Source: an uncultured Alphaproteobacteria bacterium (GTDB taxonomy: Bacteria > Pseudomonadota > Alphaproteobacteria > Rhizobiales > Xanthobacteraceae). From it: a DNA stretch of 64,000 nucleotides. The notes beneath the pieces are model-generated. The model did not search any database, was not told the DNA's origin, and was given only the letters and a program-made list of their open reading frames with translations. Below are positions 9,284 to 16,870 of this stretch, in pieces; within the stretch, counting starts at the first letter, position 1; each line of letters begins with the position of its first letter. The translations under genes and the position numbers were made by a program. The stretch is taken from positions 75,964-139,963 of the forward strand of contig CAWCQV010000029.1 of the NCBI GenBank assembly GCA_963797775.1, given 5' to 3'.

Positions 9284-10204
9284 TTATTGGCGCGCTTTAG
9301 TTTTCCTCGCCTTGTCCCGTTTCACGCCGGCCATCTTTTCCAGAACGGCGCAAACGGCGGCAGTGTCCTGCGCGCCACGGCCGCTTGCCAGCGCCTTGTT
9401 GTAGACGGCCTTGCTGGCGTCGAACATCGGCGTCGGCACGCGAATTTTTCGCGCGTAGCTGCCGATGATGTCCATATCCTTCTGCCATACCGAGATTTTC
9501 ATGGTGGCGTCGGCGTAGTCGTTTTTCACCATCATCGGCGCGCGCAGCTCGAAAATGCGCGAATTGCCGGCGCCGGTCTTGATGAGATCGAAGATCAGCT
9601 GCGGCGGCAGTCCGGCCTTGATGCCCAGCACCATCGCTTCCGCGGTCGCCACGTTATGGATGGCGACGAGAAGATTGGCGACGTATTTCATGCGGCTGCC
9701 GTTGCCAAATGCGCCGACGTCATGCACCGCGCGGGTAAAGTCGGCAAATAGTGGGCGCAATTTCTTGATTTCGGCGGCGCCGCCCGAGGCGTAGACCACG
9801 AGATCTTTCATTTTGGCCTGCGCTCCGGTGCCACTCACGGGGCAATCGAGCAGCACGTGGCCGGCCTTGCGCAGCACCGCCTGAGCTTTGGCCTTGTCTT
9901 CGATCTTGAAGGTGGAGGCCTCGACCACCACGCGACGTGGCGCTTTGGCTTTGGTGACCGCCGCGGCCGTCGTCGCGAGCGCAGCGGAATTGGGCAAGCT
10001 CGTGATGATGGTCTTCGCCTTGCGCGCCACATCGGCGGAATCGGCGGCGATTTCGACGCCCGCCTGCGCCAGCGCGCGCCGGCGCGCCGGCGCAATGTCA
10101 TAGCCGATGACGCGCCAGCCGGCAGCGACGAGATTTTCCGCAAATGCGCCGCCCATGATGCCGAGGCCGACGATGCCGACGACACCTTTCTTTCCCGCAG
10201 CCAT
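9284..10204 (-). CDS. NAD(P)-dependent oxidoreductase, 3-hydroxyisobutyrate/beta-hydroxyacid dehydrogenase family
   Basis: 306 aa. N-terminal Rossmann motif VGIVGLGIMGGAFAENL. Length and C-terminal helical domain are typical of the family. Confidence 0.85.
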   Translation of the reverse strand: MAAGKKGVVGIVGLGIMGGAFAENLVAAGWRVIGYDIAPARRRALAQAGVEIAADSADVARKAKTIITSLPNSAALATTAAAVTKAKAPRRVVVEASTFKIEDKAKAQAVLRKAGHVLLDCPVSGTGAQAKMKDLVVYASGGAAEIKKLRPLFADFTRAVHDVGAFGNGSRMKYVANLLVAIHNVATAEAMVLGIKAGLPPQLIFDLIKTGAGNSRIFELRAPMMVKNDYADATMKISVWQKDMDIIGSYARKIRVPTPMFDASKAVYNKALASGRGAQDTAAVCAVLEKMAGVKRDKARKTKARQ

Positions 10205-10334
10205 ACTGCGCCCACTCCCCGTTTTGCTTTAGGACGCGACGCTATGGCATTCGGTCGCTAGGCGCGCAAGCGGCTTTCTCACGCTGCGTCGATCGCATAT
10301 CGTCTGCGCCGGGAGAAGTCTCAGGAGACCACGG

Positions 10335-11216
10335 ATGCGGATCGGAGTCGCCGGGATCGGAAAAATGGGCGCGGCCATCGCGGCGCGGTTGATCGAGGTC
10401 GGACACGACGTCGCGGTATGGAATCGCACGCCCGACAAGGCCAAGGCGGTCACCGGCGCAACGATGGCCGCGACGCCGGCGGAGTTGGCGCAAGGCGCGG
10501 AAGTCGTGATCACCAGCCTCACCGACGCGACGGCGCTCGATGCGGTCTATAACGGACCGTCGGGCCTTCTCAGCGGCGATGTTGCCGGCAAACTGTTCGT
10601 CGACATGAGCACGGTTTTGCCAAGCACCGAAATCGCGCTGGCCGAAGCGGCACGCGGCAAGGGCGCAGCCTTCGTCGAATGCCCGGTCGGCGGTTCGACC
10701 GGGCCGGCGCGGCAGGGCAAGCTCATCGGACTCTTGGGCGCCAGCGACGCGGATGCGGCGCGCGCCCGGCCGATACTCGATCAGCTCTGCCGCCGCGTCG
10801 AACATGCCGGGCCGGTCGGTTCGGGCGCGGTGCTGAAATTCGCGGTCAATCTGCCGCTCATGGTCTATTGGCAGGCCTTGGGCGAGGCGTTGGCGCTGGC
10901 GCATGCGCTGCCGGTCGATCCGAACCGCCTCCTCGATTTGCTCAGCGACACCTCCGGCGCCGCCACGATCGCCAAAGCGCGCGCACCCGGCATCGCGGCA
11001 ATGCTGAAAGGCGGCGATCCCGGTCCGGTGACATTCGATGTCGACGGCGGCATCAAGGACATGCGGGCCATGCTGGCCGAAGCCAAATTGCGCGGCATCG
11101 AGCTGCCGCTCGTCGACAAGACCGTTGCGTGTTACGAAGAAACCAAGCGCCACCGCTCGGGTGCCGCTGAAATCTCGACAGTCTCCGCCTATTGGGCGAA
11201 CCGCGCCGAGCGATGA
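10335..11216 (+). CDS. NAD(P)-dependent oxidoreductase, 3-hydroxyisobutyrate/beta-hydroxyacid dehydrogenase family
   Basis: 293 aa. N-terminus MRIGVAGIGKMGAAIAARL. Divergent from the paralogous 9284-10204. Confidence 0.85.
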   Translation: MRIGVAGIGKMGAAIAARLIEVGHDVAVWNRTPDKAKAVTGATMAATPAELAQGAEVVITSLTDATALDAVYNGPSGLLSGDVAGKLFVDMSTVLPSTEIALAEAARGKGAAFVECPVGGSTGPARQGKLIGLLGASDADAARARPILDQLCRRVEHAGPVGSGAVLKFAVNLPLMVYWQALGEALALAHALPVDPNRLLDLLSDTSGAATIAKARAPGIAAMLKGGDPGPVTFDVDGGIKDMRAMLAEAKLRGIELPLVDKTVACYEETKRHRSGAAEISTVSAYWANRAER

Positions 11217-11246
11217 AAATATTTACTGACAACAACCGGAGCCAAC

Positions 11247-11684
11247 ATGTCTGTCATTACGCTTGCGCAAGCTTCCATCATCGTCGACGCCGCGCTGCAG
11301 AAGGCGCGCACGACCAATCTCGCGCCGCTCAGCGTTGCCGTGCTCGATGCCGGCGGCCACCTGGTCGCATTCAAACGCGAGGACAAATCCGGCATTTTGC
11401 GTTTTGACATCGCCTTCGGCAAAGCCTGGGGCGCGCTCGGCATGGGTTTCGGCTCACGCACGCTGGCCGCCCGCGCCGCCAAGACCCCGCAATTTTTCAC
11501 CATGCTGGCGGCGGCAAGCGGCGGCCGCATCGTGACCAATCCCGCCGGCGTGCTCATCCGCGACGGGGCTGGGAATATCATCGGCGCCTGCGGTGTTTCC
11601 GGCGATACCTCGGACAAGGACGAAATGTGCGCAGTCGCCGGCATCGAGGCGGCGCGGCTTAAGGCCGATCCGGGCGCCGACTAG
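11247..11684 (+). CDS. GlcG/HbpS-like (DUF336) heme-binding protein
   Basis: 145 aa. Contains ...LSVAVLDAGGHLVAFKREDKSGILRFDIAFGKAWGALGMG...GGRIVTNPAGVLIRDGAGNIIGACGVSGDTSDKDE, the characteristic GlcG pattern. Confidence 0.8.
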   Translation: MSVITLAQASIIVDAALQKARTTNLAPLSVAVLDAGGHLVAFKREDKSGILRFDIAFGKAWGALGMGFGSRTLAARAAKTPQFFTMLAAASGGRIVTNPAGVLIRDGAGNIIGACGVSGDTSDKDEMCAVAGIEAARLKADPGAD

Positions 11685-11693
11685 GAGACTTTC

Positions 11694-12341
11694 ATGAAAC
11701 TCTTTTCATTCTGGCGTTCGCTCGCGACCTATCGCGTGCGCATCGCGCTCAACCTCAAGGGCATTACTCCCGACGAGGTGATCCAGATCAATCTCATGAA
11801 GGGCGAGCAGCGCGACGCGGCTTACCGCGCGGTCAATCCGATGATGGCGATCCCGGCGCTGATCGACGGCGACGGACCGGCGCTGTTCGAGTCGCTCGCC
11901 ATCATCGAATATCTCGACGAGACCGATCCCAATCCGCCGCTGTTGCCGCGCGACCCGCGCGGCCGCGCTCGCGTGCGCGGAATAAGCCAGATCGTCGCCT
12001 GCGATTCCCATCCCTTGATCGTGCCGCGGGTGCGCGAATATCTGGAGCACGAATTCAAGTTCGACGCGACGGCGGTCAACACCTGGTGCCGGCATTGGCA
12101 CACCGCGGCGCTCACCGGGCTCGAAGCCCACTTGCAGGACAAGTCGACTGGCCGCTACTGCCACGGCGATACGATCACCATGGCCGATATCTGCCTCGCC
12201 AGCCAGGCGGCCGGCGCGAAGTATTTTGCCGTCGACACCGCGCCGTTTCCAAATTTCACCCGTATCGTCGATGCGTTGTCGCAGATCGACGCCTTCGCCC
12301 GCGCGCATCCCGCGAAACAACCCGGCGCGCCGGCTAGTTAA
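11694..12341 (+). CDS. maiA: Maleylacetoacetate (or maleylpyruvate) isomerase, zeta-class glutathione S-transferase
   Basis: 215 aa. N-terminus MKLFSFWRSLATYRVRIALNLKGI matches the zeta-GST SxxSxRVRIALNLKG signature. Confidence 0.8.
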   Translation: MKLFSFWRSLATYRVRIALNLKGITPDEVIQINLMKGEQRDAAYRAVNPMMAIPALIDGDGPALFESLAIIEYLDETDPNPPLLPRDPRGRARVRGISQIVACDSHPLIVPRVREYLEHEFKFDATAVNTWCRHWHTAALTGLEAHLQDKSTGRYCHGDTITMADICLASQAAGAKYFAVDTAPFPNFTRIVDALSQIDAFARAHPAKQPGAPAS

Positions 12342-12344
12342 TTC

Positions 12345-12410
12345 ATTCGCTCATTCCCGCGAAAGCGGGAAATCCAGCGCTGGGTCCCCACTTTCGCGGG
12401 GACGAGCGGC
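12345..12410. repeat. Intergenic hairpin repeat (ttcccgc-gaaa-gcgggaa + gtcccc..ggggac), same family as 30395-30475
   Basis: Hairpin at 12354-12371 followed by TCCAGC, then a second hairpin at 12384-12403. A near-identical core, tccccgcgaaagcggggatccagc, occurs at 30401-30424. Confidence 0.7.
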
Positions 12411-12424
12411 AATATGCTCTTTCC

Positions 12425-13222
12425 TCACCACCACTTGAAAAAGTGATGCACCGGCCCGCGCCCGGAGCCGACTTCGAGCCGGTCCGCCGCCGCGATGGCG
12501 GCGCTGACATAGGTCTTCGCCTCGCCCACCGCCTCGCCGAGCAAAAAGCCCTTGGCGAGGCCGGCGGCAATCGCCGAGGACAGCGTGCAGCCGGTGCCGT
12601 GGCTGTTCTGCGTTGCAACGCGCGGCGCGGTAAAGCGCGTGTAGCCTGCGGCTTCGACCAAAAGATCCACGCTGTCCGGCCCGCCGCTGTGGCCGCCTTT
12701 GATCAGCACAGCATCGGCACCAAGCTCCAACAGTTTCTGCGCCTGCGCCAGCATTTCGCTTTCTTCGCGCGCGACCGGCACGCCGAGCAGCGCCGCCGCT
12801 TCGGGAAGGTTCGGCGTCACCACGTTCGCGCGCGCGACGAGCTTGCGCAACGCGCCGAGCGCGTCTGCATGCAAAAGGGATTCGCCCGAGGTCGCCACCA
12901 TGACCGGATCGAGCACGATATTGCGCGCGCGATGGCGTTCGAGGCCGGCGGCGACGGCGGCGATCGCGTTCTCATTGCCCAGCATGCCGATTTTCACCGC
13001 GCCAACGTCGAGGTCGGAGAACACCGCGTCGATCTGCGCCGCGATGAAATCCGCCGGCACTTCGTGAATGGCGAACACGCCTTTGCTGTTCTGTGCCGTG
13101 AGCGCGGTGATGACGGAAGCGCCATAAACGCCAAGCGCCGAGAATGCTTTCAGATCGGCCTGAATGCCCGCCCCGCCGCCCGAATCCGACCCGGCGATGG
13201 TCACTGCGATGGAAAGGCGCAT
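12425..13222 (-). CDS. thiD: Hydroxymethylpyrimidine/phosphomethylpyrimidine kinase
   Basis: The protein reads MRLSIAVTIAGSDSGGGAGIQADLKAFSALGVYGASVITALTAQNS... The ATG at 13222 shares 1 nt with the thiE stop (TAATG). The 493-aa track ORF is an over-extension through thiE in another frame. Confidence 0.9.
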   Translation of the reverse strand: MRLSIAVTIAGSDSGGGAGIQADLKAFSALGVYGASVITALTAQNSKGVFAIHEVPADFIAAQIDAVFSDLDVGAVKIGMLGNENAIAAVAAGLERHRARNIVLDPVMVATSGESLLHADALGALRKLVARANVVTPNLPEAAALLGVPVAREESEMLAQAQKLLELGADAVLIKGGHSGGPDSVDLLVEAAGYTRFTAPRVATQNSHGTGCTLSSAIAAGLAKGFLLGEAVGEAKTYVSAAIAAADRLEVGSGRGPVHHFFKWW

Positions 13223-13881
13223 TACGTGCCCCGCTTCGCCAGCATTGCATCGACGATTTCGCGCAAGGTGCGCGCCGCCGTGGCCGGATCGGGCGACAGC
13301 GACAGCGCCGAAATCACGGCGACGCCGTCGGCACCGGCGCCGATGACCTCGGCGGCGTTGCCGGCATCGATGCCGGCGATACCAACGACCGGCAGTCGCG
13401 GTGCGCGGCGGCGCAGTGCGTCGATGATGCGTGCCAGGCCTCCGGGGCCGATCGGCGCGTTCTTCTGCTCTTTCGACAACGTGACATAGACGCCGCCGGA
13501 GCCGACATAGTCGATCAGCCCGACTGGCGCGGCCTCGGCCTCGGGCACCGATTTGACCGACAGCCCGATGATCGCGCCGCGGCCAAGGATCGCGCGGGCG
13601 TCTTCGATTGCTATGTCGTCGGGTCCGAGATGCACGCCGTCGGCCTTGGCGGCCAGCGCCACGTCGATACGGTCGTTGACCACGAATGGCACCGCGAACG
13701 GCGCCAGCGCTTTTTTGATTGCGCGGGCCTCCTCGACCATGGCCCGCGTCTCGCTCACCTTGTCGCGCAGTTGAACAAGCGTGGCACCCCCTTCGGCGCA
13801 CAGCCGCGCCAAGTCGGCGAGAGCGCGGCCGCCCGCGCGCTCGGGATCGACGATGGCATTGAGGCGAACATCGACCGGCAT
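13222..13881 (-). CDS. thiE: Thiamine-phosphate synthase
   Basis: 219 aa. Contains ...ATLVQLRDK...VNDRIDVALAAKADGVHLG...IGLSV...YVGSGGVY... Lies immediately upstream of thiD. Confidence 0.85.
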   Translation of the reverse strand: MPVDVRLNAIVDPERAGGRALADLARLCAEGGATLVQLRDKVSETRAMVEEARAIKKALAPFAVPFVVNDRIDVALAAKADGVHLGPDDIAIEDARAILGRGAIIGLSVKSVPEAEAAPVGLIDYVGSGGVYVTLSKEQKNAPIGPGGLARIIDALRRRAPRLPVVGIAGIDAGNAAEVIGAGADGVAVISALSLSPDPATAARTLREIVDAMLAKRGT

Positions 13882-13980
13882 CAGGAAACCCCTGTCCTTT
13901 TGTCAACGTTACACCGCCCGGCTGGGCTCGTGCAGTCCGTGGGGTTTAGTATAAGCTCGCAGTCAAGTCCGGAGGCGCGC

Positions 13981-14226
13981 ATGGTCCCCTTTTTCGTGCA
14001 GATCAAATGTCAGCTCGGCAGGTCCTACGAGGTCGCCAACAAGCTCGCCGACGCGGAGATTGCCTCGGAAATCTATTCGACCGCAGGCGATTTCGATCTG
14101 TTGGTGAAATTCTATATCGATCCGTCGACTGATATCGGCCATTTCATCGCCGAGAAGGTGCAGTCGATCCCAGGCATCGCCGACACCCGCACCATCATCA
14201 CGTTCAAGGCGTTTGGAGGCTCGTAG
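13981..14226 (+). CDS. Stand-alone Lrp/AsnC ligand-binding (RAM) domain protein
   Basis: 81 aa: MVPFFVQIKCQLGRSYEVANKLADAEIASEIYSTAGDFDLLVKFYID...IPGIADTRTIITFKAF, a typical RAM-domain pattern. The remainder of track ORF 13144-14226 is antisense to thiE. Confidence 0.75.
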   Translation: MVPFFVQIKCQLGRSYEVANKLADAEIASEIYSTAGDFDLLVKFYIDPSTDIGHFIAEKVQSIPGIADTRTIITFKAFGGS

Positions 14227-15142
14227 TCGTTCCTTCGACCGCCCTCCTGCGCGCCAAAGCGAGTTGCCGCTCGCGCCAGATCACGAACAGGCCGGCTGCC
14301 GCTATCACGAATGAGCCGAGCACGATGATGACCGTCGGCTTTTCGCTGAACATCACGTAGCCGAGCACCAGCGCCCAGATCATCGAGGTGTAGTCGAACG
14401 GCGCGACCATAGAGGCGGAAGCGTGGCGATAGCTCTCGGTGAGAAGAATATGGCCGGTGCCGCCAAGAAAGCCGATCGCGATCAGCATGATGAATTCACT
14501 GCCGGTCGGCGCGATCCAGCCGAACGGCATGGTCACCAGACCGGATAGCGCGCAGATCAGCGAGAAGTAGAATACGATGGACGATGTCGTCTCGCTCTTG
14601 GCCAGATGACGGGTCTGGATCATCGTGCCGGCATTGGTGACGGAGCCGGCAAGCGCATAGATCACGCCGGTGAGGCTGGTCGCGCTTGCCATCGCGATGG
14701 TCAATTCGTCGCCGGAAAAATGCGGCGCCAGTACCACCAGCACGCCGACAAATCCGATCGTCACCGCCGACCAGCGATAGATGCGCACCCGCTCCTTGAG
14801 CACCAGAGCAGCAAGCGCGACGCTGATCAGCGGCGAGGTGAACGAGATCGCGTTCGCCTCGATCAAGGGCAGGCGCGCCAACGCGCCGAAATTGCAGAAC
14901 ATGCCGACAATGCTCAACGCGCCGCGGCTGGCTTGCCCAAGCGGGCTCTCGGTGCGCACGGTCGCGGCCAGCTCGCCGCGGAGGGCGTAAACGGTGAGCA
15001 CCGGCAACAGCGCGAACGCCGAGCGGTAGAACACCACCTCGCCGATCGGATAGCGCGCGCCGAGATAGCGGATCAGCGCCGACATCACGGCGAACAGCAC
15101 TGCCGAGATCAGCTTGAACACGATGCCTTTGCCGGTGTTCAT
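14204..15142 (-). CDS. DMT superfamily (EamA-like) transporter
   Basis: About 312 aa and about 10 TM segments, reading MNTGKGIVFKLISAVLFAVMSALIRYL... It has the two-EamA-repeat appearance. The start is set at ATG 15142. Confidence 0.8.
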   Translation of the reverse strand: MNTGKGIVFKLISAVLFAVMSALIRYLGARYPIGEVVFYRSAFALLPVLTVYALRGELAATVRTESPLGQASRGALSIVGMFCNFGALARLPLIEANAISFTSPLISVALAALVLKERVRIYRWSAVTIGFVGVLVVLAPHFSGDELTIAMASATSLTGVIYALAGSVTNAGTMIQTRHLAKSETTSSIVFYFSLICALSGLVTMPFGWIAPTGSEFIMLIAIGFLGGTGHILLTESYRHASASMVAPFDYTSMIWALVLGYVMFSEKPTVIIVLGSFVIAAAGLFVIWRERQLALARRRAVEGTTTSLQTP

Positions 15143-15161
15143 TGCCGCGCCGCGAGCCGTC

Positions 15162-16133
15162 TCAATTTTTCTTCTTCGGCGGCGGGCTCGGCCCTTGCAC
15201 CGGCGGCAGCATGTAAATGTAATCGGCAATCGCCGCGCGATCGTCGGCGCTAAGCGAGGACGTATTGCGAATGACCTCAGCCATCGTGCTGCCGGCGAAA
15301 TCGCCCGACGGCATCATGCCGTCGTCAAGAAAGCTCGCGATGTCTTTTTTGGACCACTTGTTGTCGTCATGCTGCAGACCGACCGGCGTGATATTCGGCA
15401 CCCAGCCGCTGCCGTCGGGCGCCGGCCCGCCGGCAAAGCGTTCGCTGTCGATGATGCCGCCGAGCATGTTGCGCGGCGAATGGCACTCGGCGCAGTGCCC
15501 CGGCCCGTTCACCAGATAGGCGCCGCGGTTCCATTGCGCCGAGCGCGACGGATCGGACACGAACGGTCCGCCGCGCATGAACAGGAGCTTCCAGCCGCCA
15601 ATGAGCCGGCGCTCGTTGAACGGAAACTTCAGGTCGTGCCGGCGCACTTTTCCCGGCACCGGCGGCAGGGTTTTGAGGTAAGCAAACAAGTCGCGCACAT
15701 CGTTAAGCTGCATGTGCTGATAGGAGGTGTAGGGAAACGCCGGATAGAGATTGGCGCCATGCTCCGAAGTCCCCTTCCATAATGCGGTGACGAAAGCCGC
15801 TTCGTTCCATCTGCCGATGCCGTCCTTGGGGTCTGGCGAGATGTTCGGCACGAAAAAGGTGCCGAACGGCGAATGGAGCGCCAATCCGCCGCCAAGCCGC
15901 GTCCGGTCGACTTTGTCGGGATCCTTATTAGGAACCGCATGGCAGGACGCGCAACCGCCGATATCGAACATGATGCGGCCGTTGGCGAGGTCGGGTGCGT
16001 GCGGCGGCAGCACGGAGGCGGGAACGACGGCCGGCAGCGTCAGGATCCAGAAGGCGGCAACGCCGACGGCACCGGCCAGTGCCAGGACGACGACATTGCG
16101 CAGCGTCAACCACTTGTTTCCCTGCCGTGCCAT
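15162..16133 (-). CDS. Membrane-anchored diheme c-type cytochrome
   Basis: Two CxxCH motifs (CASCHAV, CAECHSP) and an N-terminal TM anchor LTLRNVVVLALAGAVGVAAFWIL. The start is set at MARQGNKW (16133). Confidence 0.8.
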   Translation of the reverse strand: MARQGNKWLTLRNVVVLALAGAVGVAAFWILTLPAVVPASVLPPHAPDLANGRIMFDIGGCASCHAVPNKDPDKVDRTRLGGGLALHSPFGTFFVPNISPDPKDGIGRWNEAAFVTALWKGTSEHGANLYPAFPYTSYQHMQLNDVRDLFAYLKTLPPVPGKVRRHDLKFPFNERRLIGGWKLLFMRGGPFVSDPSRSAQWNRGAYLVNGPGHCAECHSPRNMLGGIIDSERFAGGPAPDGSGWVPNITPVGLQHDDNKWSKKDIASFLDDGMMPSGDFAGSTMAEVIRNTSSLSADDRAAIADYIYMLPPVQGPSPPPKKKN

Positions 16134-16210
16134 CTCGCGTCCTGCAACTCGAAGCCAATCAACTCTAAAGCATGATTGCCGCGCAAACACATCAACTACC
16201 GCAATCGAGC

Positions 16211-16251
16211 AAAACAAAGGGCGGCGCGCCCCTGCGGGTGGCCGCCCTTTG
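16211..16251 (-). terminator. Intrinsic terminator after the class II cytochrome c gene
   Basis: A 10-bp GC-rich stem pairs aaagggcggc (16216-16225) with gccgcccttt (16241-16250). On the minus strand it is followed by GTTTTGC. It lies 18 nt after the stop at 16269. Confidence 0.75.
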
Positions 16252-16268
16252 CCGGAAACGAAGATTTA

Positions 16269-16715
16269 TCAGCTCGGTCTTACCCGGAAAGTCTGATGGC
16301 AGGAGCCGCAATCCTTGCCGATGGTTTGGAAATTGGTCTTCAGACTATCAAGGTCCTTGGTTGTGTCCTGCGCCGTTTTGATGTCCGCGGCAAACTTGGC
16401 GATGGCTGCCTTGAAGTCCGCCGACTTGTCCCAAATCGCCGGCGCGGCCGTTGTGTGATTGCCGGTTTTCGAGCAATCGGGGAATAACGTCGGCATTGCG
16501 CCGGCGTCAGTAGCGAACGTCGCATAGATCTCCTTGGTCTTGGCAAGATCAAAGGGGATTTCGCCTTTGACCATCGAAGAGCCGATCTTCGCCTCAGCGG
16601 CGCTGTGCTTCATCAACGTCTGGCGCTTGTCGATGACGTCTTGGCAGCTTTGTGCCGAGGCGGCGGCGACGCCGAATACCAGAATTGCAAGTGCTAGAAG
16701 CAGTTTCTGAATCAT
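16269..16715 (-). CDS. Class II cytochrome c (cytochrome c-prime / c-556 family)
   Basis: 148 aa. Signal peptide MIQKLLLALAILVFGVAAASA. A single CxxCH (CGSCHQ) lies about 10 aa from the C-terminus, as in four-helix-bundle class II cytochromes. The 344-aa track ORF is over-extended. Confidence 0.8.
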   Translation of the reverse strand: MIQKLLLALAILVFGVAAASAQSCQDVIDKRQTLMKHSAAEAKIGSSMVKGEIPFDLAKTKEIYATFATDAGAMPTLFPDCSKTGNHTTAAPAIWDKSADFKAAIAKFAADIKTAQDTTKDLDSLKTNFQTIGKDCGSCHQTFRVRPS

Positions 16716-16870
16716 CCATATGACTCCCTGCGGCGGTTCTACATTGCCCCCGAGGTCACGCAACCTATCGTAATGGTACCTCAGCCGCATCGCAACGAAC
16801 ACCGCGATTTCGCCCTTATTCCCGCGACGATGCTCAATGGTGGTTGGGCTTGGCGCGTATAAGCGGCCGC

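Noticed and set aside
12425-13906. 493-aa ORF spanning thiD and thiE
   Set aside because: Only the C-terminal 265 aa (from MRLSIAV at 13222) match ThiD. The upstream part is an Arg-rich alternative frame over the genuine thiE gene (13222-13881).
13882-13980. Possible TPP riboswitch upstream of thiE
   Set aside because: I could not find the conserved TPP-element features (CUGAGA and the ACCUGAUCUGGAUAAUGCCAGCG-like core) on either strand. The spacer is only 99 nt and is shared with a divergent gene.
16192-16206. Second GATTGCGGTAG match (GATTGCGGTAGTTGA on the minus strand) upstream of the diheme cytochrome c gene
   Set aside because: It shares an 11-mer with the site at 46008-46022 but lacks the TG at ops positions 11-12. 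It also sits immediately after a strong terminator, so it is probably not in a transcribed leader. It may be chance, but is worth including in any genome-wide motif count.
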